A DNA stretch of 64,000 bases from the human T2T-CHM13v2.0 reference genome, Homo sapiens. How positions within the stretch are numbered: position 1 is the first letter of the stretch; each line of letters begins with the position of its first letter. Made by a program: the position numbers and the translations under genes. The notes beneath the pieces are model-generated. The model saw only the letters and a list, made by a program, of their open reading frames with translations, was not told the origin of the DNA and made no database searches. Positions 51,263 to 64,000 of the stretch are shown here, one piece after another. The stretch lies in assembly GCF_009914755.1 (NCBI RefSeq), contig NC_060932.1. One strand, given 5' to 3'.

Positions 51263-52277
51263 ACCGGAGAAGTGGAGAGGGATTGGAGGTGGGCTTTCAC
51301 AGAGGGAGAAACGGCTTAAGTACAGGCCAAAAAGTGAGAAGGCTGCAGACAGGGCTGGTAGGGGGAGGGGGAAATTTGGCACACCCAGCTAAAGGTCCTT
51401 CTGTGTCTCCTTCTCCAAGGAACCCAAGACCTTCACTTGGTTGGTGTGAGCACTCCAGGAGGCAGGCACCCTCCCTCAGCCCTCAAGCAAGCAAAAATGG
51501 GTTTAAAAAAAGAAGGAGAAGAAGCAGCAGCAGCAGCCGCCACAGAGCTTGTGACAGCTACAGCCTAAGGGCAACAGGCAGGGGAGACCAAGGACCAGAA
51601 AGAGCAGAGGCTTTTTCAAAGAAAGAGATCCCTCTCCCAGCACCCAGCGATGGCGGCAAACCCCACCCACAGTGCCTGCTAAGAACAAGTCCCACGTGAG
51701 AACAACATGGCCCCCCGAGATGCCCACAGGGACCCCGAGATGCCTGCAGTGCTTGGCTCTCCCGCTGGCCAGCTGCCCACCTGGCTCAGGCCCAGTACTC
51801 GTGAGTCAGCCGATCAATCCCAATGTTGCCAGGATGATGGGGGCGGGAGTAAGGGCCCTGGGGGAGGGCAGGGGTGGGCACTGCAGGCGAGCTGTCTCCC
51901 ACATCTGGCACCTGCACACAGCTGAGGCCGAGCTGAGAGGATGCTTCTGTGGGCTCCCCCTCCTCCCGGCACCCCTCCCCTCCTTTCACTGTCCTAGGAC
52001 ACTCTCTGGCTGCTGGAGTCTTAGGCAAATATTTAAAGGGGCAGCAAGGGGGTGAGGAGGGTGGTGGGAGCAAACACTTCCCTCCCTTTCTTCCTCCCTG
52101 CGCTTCTCAGGGGCTCTCAGTTCAGATGCCATGCTGTTATGCAACCTTGGGGCTGAAGGCCCTCCAGATGGAGAGGGGGACAGGGGAACCTGCCAGCTCA
52201 TGACCGAAGGGCAGGGCCCAGGTGGGAGGGGGCTGGGGCAGGGGACAGGAACTGGGGTGGCATGTTAAAGGACAGGA

Positions 52278-52585
52278 GGCTGGTTGGGCATGGTGGCTCA
52301 CACCTGTAATCCTAGCACTTTAGGAGGCCGAGATCACTTGAGCCCAGGAGTTCAAGACCAGCCTGGGCAACATGGTGAAAACTCATCTCTATAAAACAAG
52401 CAAAAATTAGCTGGGCACAATGGCATGCACTGGTAGTCCCAGCTACTTGGGATGCTGAGGTGTGAGGATCACCGGAGTCCAGGAGGTCAACGCTGCAGTG
52501 AGCAGTGATCTCGCTACTGCATGCCAGCCTGGGTGATAAAGTGAGACCCTGTCTCACAACAAAACAAAACAAAACAAAACAAAAG
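52278..52585 (+). mobile_element. Alu (AluJ-like) with (CAAAA)n tail
   Basis: Dimer flanked by imperfect TSD aaaggacaggag / aaaggataggag. Confidence 0.9.
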
Positions 52586-53569
52586 GATAGGAGGTTAAGG
52601 GAGCGAGCCCAGGCCTGGACTCTGCCACAGTCACCTGAGTTTAGAGGTGAAGGGACTTTAGAGACCACCTGGCCCAAGGAGTGAAAGGGAACCTGAGAGA
52701 AAGGGTGAGCCAGCCCAAAGTCATTGGCAGATTTGACCTCGTAAATACATAGAGATGGCTTTGGGAAGGCACTAGGAAAGACAGAGAAAAGAGAAGGAGA
52801 CAGTCCTCAAAGCTGATCGTATTTGGGTGAGTATTATTCTCAGGGCAAATTTAGGATCAGAGGATGCAGAAAGGGGAGTCTAGAGGGGTAGAGTGTAGAC
52901 CACAGGGTGAGTGAGCTGATTCGAGGATGGGGAGACTGGGAGCCCACCAGTGACCAGAGCCAGCCCTGTTCAGGGCTGTCCGGGCAGAAGAAAGCAGTGT
53001 CAGACCTGGAATCTGCCATCAGCACAGCCTGCAATTGACAGACAAGCCCAGAGCAAAGAAGGAAGCACTGCACATGAGTAAGAGCTTGCCACCAGTGGGG
53101 ACAGAGTTTCCAGAATTAGGAAAATAATCACTGGGGGCAAGTTTGAGGTTGGTACCAGATATGTGGGAGGAGGCAAGGTAAGGGAAAGAGTACTTGAAGT
53201 TGGAACTGGTCCTTGCAGGGAAATGCACATTTATGAAACCCCGAAAACTGATGTCAAAGCACCTCCTGCCTTGGGCAGAGTCCTCTCAGAGTCTACAGGT
53301 GCTGCCTCCAGAACCCTCTTCCTGGAGCGCATCCCTATGTATCTAGAAATTCTGCTGGGAAATATGATGGTCAGACCCTTGGCCACCTGAAAGGTTCAGG
53401 GTGGTAGAAGAAAAAGGAAAGCCACAGGGCAGCAGGGGCAGGTGCCAGCAAGGAAGGCAGGCACGCCAGGAAGACACCCATGGTGAGAAGTGCAGATGGC
53501 CCGAGGGCAAGTTTGCTCAACTCACCCAGGTTTGCTCTTGCTGGGGCCAAGAGGACTCATGTGCCAGGG

Positions 53570-53720
53570 CCAAGGGCCCTTGGGGGCTCTCACAGGGGGC
53601 TTATCTGGGCTTCGGTTCTGGAGGGCCAGGAACAAACAGGCTTCAAAGCCAAGGGCTTGGCTGGCACACAGGGGGCTTGGTCCTTCACCTCTGTCCCCTC
53701 TCCCTACGGACACATATAAG
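53570..53720 (+). promoter_or_regulatory. SFTPC proximal promoter (TATA plus CAAG/GCCAA palindromes)
   Basis: TATAA at 53715-53719, about 55 nt before the ATG; palindromes at 53570-53583 and 53647-53662. Confidence 0.85.
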
Positions 53721-53773
53721 ACCCTGGTCACACCTGGGAGAGGAGGAGAGGAGAGCATAGCACCTGCAGCAAG

Positions 53774-55986
<2,213 letters not shown>

Positions 55987-56210
55987 GACGCCTCCGGTGA
56001 GCAGGTGTGATCCCAGGGCCCCTGATCAGCAGCGGAGGAGCGCTCGGGCCACCTGCCCGGGCTGTGGAGGAGCGCTCGCGCTGACCAGGCGCTGGGGCGT
56101 CCACTGAAGCGGGGTCATCCAGGCAACTCGGGGGAGGGGAAGCTCACAGACCGGTACTTCCCACTCCCCTGATTCTCTCTGTCCATCCTCAACATTCCTT
56201 TGCTTCACAG

Positions 56211-56420
56211 GGTCAGTGGAAGCCCCAACGGGAAAGGAAACGCCCCGGGCAAAGGGTCTTTTGCAGCTTTTGCAGACGGGCAAGAAGCTGCTTCTGCCCA
56301 CACCGCAGGGACAAGCCCTGGAGAAATGGGAGCTTGGGGAGAGGATGGGAGTGGGCAGAGGTGGCGCCCAGGGGCCCGGGAACTCCTGCCACAACAGAAT
56401 AAAGCAGCCTGATTGAAAAG
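56211..56420 (+). terminator. SFTPC: SFTPC non-coding last exon with AATAAA (56398-56403)
   Basis: ttgcttcacag acceptor ending at 56210; AATAAA followed by a GT/T-rich downstream element. Confidence 0.85.
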
Positions 56421-56549
56421 CAAAGGGTCTGCTTCTGTCTTCCTGCAGGGCGCAGTCCTGCCCTGGCGGGGGCCGGCTAAGAAGGGAAGGGCCTTGGGAG
56501 AGCAAAGTGGGGTTTGCCATTCGCCCTCTGTCCCAGGGCGCTGGGGCAC

Positions 56550-57673
<1,124 letters not shown>

Positions 57674-57818
57674 TGAAGTTTTGCCGCTGTTGGTGGAAGC
57701 TGCTGCCGCTGCCTCTCATCTTCCCAGAGGATTCCAGAGGAAGTCTCCTTGCGTCCCGGGAAAACCGGCGGGCAAGGCGGCTTTTCCTTCTGTAGGAAAC
57801 TTTTCTGGCCAAACTCCT

Positions 57819-57822
57819 GTGC

Positions 57823-57876
<54 letters not shown>
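57819..57876. repeat. (GT)25 microsatellite in BMP1 intron 1
   Basis: gtgcgtgc followed by an uninterrupted GT run at 57827-57876. Confidence 0.97.
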
Positions 57877-57877
<1 letters not shown>

Positions 57878-60837
57878 CTTTCCCCTTCTCCCCCATCTCT
57901 CCTGCTCCAGGAGCTGGGTGTTTTCCAGCCTGTCTGGGCTGCCCTGGGGCTGCACATCTGTCTGGCTTGGATCTGGGAGGCCTGAGTCTCCAAGGAGCAG
58001 GTCCCCCAGCCACCACCCAGCCCAAGTGGAAGAAGAAAGTTTTTCCAGGGATTCCCTGAGATCGTGCTCTCTGGGTATCCCGTAGTTTAACGAGTAGCTG
58101 AAGCTTTCTGGGACTTAGGAGACAGCTGTCAAAGTCAGAGAAGCCAACCCAGAAGGGGGACTTAACTTTGTCCCTATGTGCCCAGAGACCCCCCCCAAGG
58201 CCAAGTTGGGGTGGAAAGAGGGAAAATACAAAGAGAACCCAGATATTGTATATCAGCTCTGTCACCCCCGAGACACCAGAGGCTAATTAGCTGAGGTCAG
58301 GACCCCGGAGTGTGTGTTTGCCTGTATGTGTGTGTGTTCTTTGTCTCTGAAGACTCTATGTAACCCCATCACTCCTGCTGAGCCCAGAAGGGTCCTGCCC
58401 CTGGAGTGACCAGATGGCCAGGCACTCGGGCCATTTGCCTGATTGGATGACCCTGGGCAGGCTGTTTGGGGACACACAGGGACAAGATATCAGAACTTTT
58501 CCTTGACTTCCTGCCTCTCTGACTTCAGCTCATCTCCAAATAGCCAGAGCCAGGGGAAGTGGCATAGTTGCTAGAACTGGACTGCCTGTGTGGGGCACGA
58601 GGGGCGGAGGGGCAGGTTGCTCTAGTCCTGGCTCTGGAGACCCTGTTCAGGGACTCTCCTGGGAGGGTGGCCCACAGGCAGGAATAAGAGACCATCCAAT
58701 GGAGGAAATCAGGGCAAATCCCTCAGCCCTTACCCCTCTACACCTGCTGGGCTGCGGGTAAACCAGGACATTTGCTGTCATTTTTCTCGCTGGGGGCTGG
58801 GAGTGGGTACAGGGCAGAGTGGACTGCGCATGGACTTTGAAGGCAGGCACATCTAGCTTTCAATCCTGACCCTGCTACTCATTATAGCTGTACCACCTCA
58901 GAATGGTAATGATCATGTCTGAACTGCCACTTTCACACCTGTAAAATGGAACTGATCATGCATCTTCCCATAGAGTTGGTGGTAAGGGTTAAATATGAAA
59001 ACATACATAAAACACTTAATAGTGCTTAACACACAGTCAGCGCTAAATAAATGTGGGCTCCCTACTCCCTGTTTTCTGTGCCTCAGACTGTCACTTCATT
59101 TTTTTGAGAGGTGTGGGATTGCTGGTGTCTCCTTGTGCCTCTTATCCATCAATCCATCAATACCTAATATGTGCTAGGGCCTGGAATGGATGTTGTGGGA
59201 GGTACTGAGACGTACAAGCTAGGACCCTGCCTTCAAGGAGCTTACAGTCCAGTAGGGACCCAAGACACCTACAGACATAACCAATAGCACAAACCAAGCC
59301 ACACTGAGTGCCACATTGGAGGGTAGGATGCCAAAGACTCAGGGAGTTTCCTGCCCCTCTGCAGCCTGGTGGTGGCAGAGAAAAGTGATCACAGCAGGCT
59401 GAGAAGGTCTGGGGGGGTCTTCATGGAGGAGGTGGGGCTGGGGCCTGGCCTTAAAGAATGGGTGGGAAGCCATTCTGATGTCTTTCCCTTCTTGTTGGAA
59501 ATGGGAGTGATTTTCAGAGCAGCAAGAGGCTGAGGGCTCTCCCCCCAGTCTCAGGTTTCATGCTAGGGTGGGGCTGGCTGAGTTGGAGCTTCAAGTAAGG
59601 GCTCTGGAGAAAGCACTCCAACTGGGTGAAGTGAGGCTGGTGGGGCGCTGGGCCAGGGCTGGGGGCGGCTGAGAGGGCCCCCGGGCCTGACAAGGCCAGG
59701 CCTTGGGTCAGATCAGGCCTCCCTCTCGGGTGTGACTGATGCTTGAGATCTGCTGCCCACCTCCAGAGGAAACTCACATGGGCATTCCTAAGTACTCACA
59801 CCCACACCCCTGTGCCACTGCCTTCCAGCCACAGGTCCCTCAGCTCTGTTCTCCACGTTTCCTTCTCCTGCCTGGCTTTGCTTCCTGTATCCTCTGCAGC
59901 CCTGACCTCCAGATGCTGGAGGTGATGATGGCAGGCATGCTGTCTCTGCTTCTTTTCAAGGGCTGGAACTGAAAGCTCCTTTGACTCCCACAGCTTACCT
60001 GTGACCTTTCCAGTTGCTCTGAGGGTAGCCACGCCCCTTCGTTGGACCATTACTGGCCGAGTTATGGTTGCCGTTGTAGTAAGGGCAAAATTAATATCCT
60101 TGATACCCTGGAGAGGTTCCTGGACCTTCTGGGTGAGACCAGGACGTTGGGCAGGAAGGCAGGCTGGTCTGTTTGTGTGCTCAGAGCTGGTGCCACCAAG
60201 CCCTCACTAGCCCTTGCCCAGGAAGATTTTGAGGCAGGCCTGATTTCCTGTATGTCAGGAAATCAGCCAAACCATGAAGGGGGTCCTTCTGCAAGATTCC
60301 CAGCACTGTTTGGCTGCCCCAGGTGACTAGCCAACACCCCCCCGGAGAGACCTTGGAGGCAGGAATTGGGACACAGTTGATCCCAAAATCAGAGAAGCCC
60401 AGGGGCCTGACCCCACAGGGGTGGGGCTAGAAGCATGTCACACCCAGAGCTGGGTAGTGACCCTGTGCCAGTGAGGCCCCTGCTACCACCTCAACCTCAT
60501 CTGACAGCCCAGAGTCTGCAGGAGCGGGAGGGGCAGCACTTACCAGCCCACATCCCCATCCCACCCAGGGGGACGCCTGGCCAAGGTTTGGACATCAGAG
60601 AGCCATAGAGGATTAGGGTACACCCTCTGAGGTCGAGAAGTAATCTCTCCTCTCACCAGACCACATTCCCCCTCTAGACAGCTGAGTCACCCCACCCACC
60701 CAGGCCCCTGCCCCTGAGTCACCTTCTTATTTCAGTGCCGCAAGGGGTGAGGAAAAAATTTGTACTCTCCCTGGGCCCTACATGGGGCAGGGCGGGGCAG
60801 TGGGGTTCCCCAGGAAGAAGGGATTCTTAAGAAGTCT

Positions 60838-61152
60838 AGGCAGGGGGCAGTGGCTCATGCCTGTAATCCACTTTGGGAGGCTAAAGTGGGAGGATCACTT
60901 GAAGCCAGGAGTTTAAGACTAGCCTGGGCAACACAGCAAGATGCCCATCTCTACAAAAAAATTTAAAAATTAGCTGGGCATGGTGTCATGCACCCGTAGT
61001 CCCAGCTACTTGGGAGGCTTAGCTGGGAGGAGTTGGAGCTCGAGAGTTCAAGGCTGAGTCCAGGAGCTGGAGGCTGTAGTGAGCTATGATTGTGCCGCTG
61101 CACTCTAGTCTGGGTGACAAAGCAAGACTCTGTGAAAAAAAAAAAAAAAAAA
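60838..61152 (+). mobile_element. Alu (AluJ-like)
   Basis: Dimer with poly-A tail and a small duplication in the right arm. Confidence 0.9.
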
Positions 61153-62626
61153 ATCTAGTTTCTCCAGAGATCTGGGGAGAAGATATTGCGGTCGGGGGAG
61201 TAGAAGCGCTACTCCTCAGTCCACTAAGAACCTCCTAAGGAGATCCAAGGGAGTCAGCTAATCTCTCTCTCTCCCTCCCTCGCTCTCTTTGTCTCACACA
61301 AGTGCATCCCTGTCCATTTCTAAGTGCGCCCTTGTCCTTTGGGGAGTGTGGCCTGTGAAACATGGTGCATGCCTGCAGTTATGTGTGTGTTTGAAAACAC
61401 AAGATCCTGCACGGGGAAGTGGTTGAGTGTGTGTTTGTGCATATGCGTGGGTGTGTCGCTGCCTTGTAGGCAAGCATGTTCACCTGTGATCGGTCTTCCT
61501 GAGTACATGCAGGCATGGAGGCAAACATGCACCTCTGCAGAAGTGTTCACATGTGATGAAGTCCATCCACATGTTTGCAGGGGTTTGGGTGTGTCATCCC
61601 CCAGCTAGAAGCTTGCGTTTGTGCAGTGGGACATGCATCAGTCCTGCACATATAGCCTTGGGGCTCATTACACCAGCCAGCCTCCTCTCCCCACTTCCCC
61701 AGAAGGGGAGGCCTTGCCATGCCCTGGGGGAGGAGACGGTGGAGTCCAGAGGTTGACCTGAAAGAGTGAGATTCTTCCCAGGCACAAGCACACAGATGGG
61801 CTCAGCCACAGTGCTCCTGGCAGGTTTACAGCTGGAAAACAACACAAAAAATTTTTATCTTGTGTTGAAAATAACTACTACCCTGACCGTGACCCCAGGG
61901 CTTCCTCTGAGTAAGGAGAGACCTCCTAGACTCCTTAGCATCCAGATTCCCTCGCTTCCCCAGAGGGCAGCCCAAAAGCACAGAGCCCCAAGGCCCAGCT
62001 CCTGCCCCTAAGGCTCTCCTGCCCATCTCCTCTCTCCCCACCCCCACTTGGTTCCCACGCATTCTTCAGCCATGACATCCTCACTCCAGGAGCTCAGCAG
62101 CCAGGGCCATGCCCTGCCCTGCCTTGCACTTGCTCTGCCCTGGTTCTACACTGGCCCTGGACCCGCAGGCCAGCACAGTTCTGTGGCCTCTGCACCAGGG
62201 TTTCACTCAAGGAGGAGTGGGGGCAGAGAGTGTGGGTGAGCCAGCGTTCCCTGAGGAGGTCTAGAGCTGACTTTGAGCTTACGGGTTGTGTTGGGATAAT
62301 ATTAAAGTGGCTGGTGGGTGCGTACCGTGTTGCATGCTCTGTGCTGGGGGTTCGTGTATATGTCTTATTTCATGCAGTAATCCTAGGAGACAGATTCTGT
62401 TATGTAGGAGAACACTGAGGCTTAGAAGAGTTTACATGACTTGTCAGCTAATAGTAGCCAACCTGGATTCCAAGACAGGTCTGTCTGACTCCAAAGACCT
62501 TGCCCTTTGCTCTATGTCCAAAGGTGAGTCTAAATGTCCAGCCACACCTGTATGCGGTGATGCCTGTGGGTTTGGGTGTGGGAGCCTGCAGGTACAATGC
62601 CTGTGAAAGGTATAATATGTGTGTAC

Positions 62627-62943
<317 letters not shown>

Positions 62944-64000
62944 CTACGTGAACTTTGGTGAGTATGAACCCACTGCTTCTTCCTTGGAGTGTACCTCCCA
63001 TCCCATGTCCTTGTTAAGGCCACTCTTGCATGTCACCTGGGAAGCATCTTCTGTTGCCGTCCCATCAGTTGCTGAGCCAAGGCCACCTGCCGAGGATGGC
63101 GATTTAAGTAAGAGTAGCTTTCTCATGGGTTGGAAGAGATTTGGGGTCACTTACTGGCTGGTGACCTTGAGTGAGTTATCGCCCTTCATAGGCTCAAGTG
63201 TTCTGATGTCTAAAGTCAGGGAGGTGGGCTGGAACCTAAACCTAGCCACTTAGGTTATCTCTCTCTGAGAGTTTCTAATGCTCTGCAAGAGCATGGTGTG
63301 GAGTGTGGCTTACTGGGCATGTTGTGGGCAGGCCAGGATTAAATTAATTAATGGGAAAGCACTTTGCCAATTGGAAAGCACCACAAAAATTTCAACATTT
63401 ACATAAGGTGTCATTATCACGACTATTATTTGCTTAATGGGTCCAGAGCTTGCAGCTGGTTTGTGTATGTTGGAGCTTGTGCATGTGTGTTTTTTAAAAA
63501 CCGTGTGTGACTGTGTGTGTATTTTGTTGTGGATGTGTCCGTCTGAGTATCTATTTTTGTATATATGTATTTACAGTAGGGGTTCTAGAGAGTGCAGTGG
63601 TTGCTGCACTGGGAATGGGGAGGCCTGAGTTATACGTCCAGTTTTCCAGTGACTAGCAGTGTAGGTTCAGTTAAGTTGTTGCTTTTGGGACCTCAGTTTC
63701 CTCATCTATAAAATGGAAGTTTGGCCTCGATGACTGCCACAGTCACTCCCACATTCTGTTGATCCTGTCTAGGTGAGGGTGTGTCTCTGGGCATGTATTT
63801 GCAAGCCAGAAGAATATCAGCGTGGCAATTCATTCATTCGAACATCCCGGAGTGCCTCCCGCCTGAAAGTGCAGTGCTGGCTGCTGCTTTCATGCGCAAG
63901 GATGTGTGTCCCTGGCTTTGATGGCTCTGCACTGGATGGCAAGGGTGTGGACGCCACCATATGTCTGTAGGAACACTAACCTTGGGTGTCTGATTCTGTA

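Overview
Human (primate) genomic DNA from the gene-dense 8p21.3 cluster, identified by recognising the encoded proteins. In order: NUDT18 exons 1-2 (minus strand, runs off the window start); complete HR/hairless (minus, 18 coding exons, 3570 nt, 1189 aa) with four 5'UTR uORFs including the 34-aa HRURF/U2HR; complete REEP4 (minus, 257 aa); complete LGI3 (minus, 548 aa); complete SFTPC (plus, 197 aa); and BMP1 exon 1 with the start of intron 1 (plus). I checked splice boundaries by hand; all are GT-AG and the exon lengths give intact frames. The rest is about 20 Alus, MIR/L1/L2 relics, a hAT-Charlie relic, microsatellites and five CpG islands. Nearly all ORFs in the supplied track are spurious GC-rich or Alu frames. 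I see no evidence for a wholly new gene system. The best leads are regulatory: (i) layered HR control, with a probable upstream first exon beside a DR4 thyroid element, a DR3 element inside the REEP4 3'UTR, a stop-start (TGATG) uORF on the HR start codon, and a weakly spliced exon 17 carrying a JmjC metal ligand; (ii) a divergent CTCF-motif pair in the <1 kb gap between SFTPC and BMP1; (iii) a tail-to-tail Alu nest in LGI3 intron 5.
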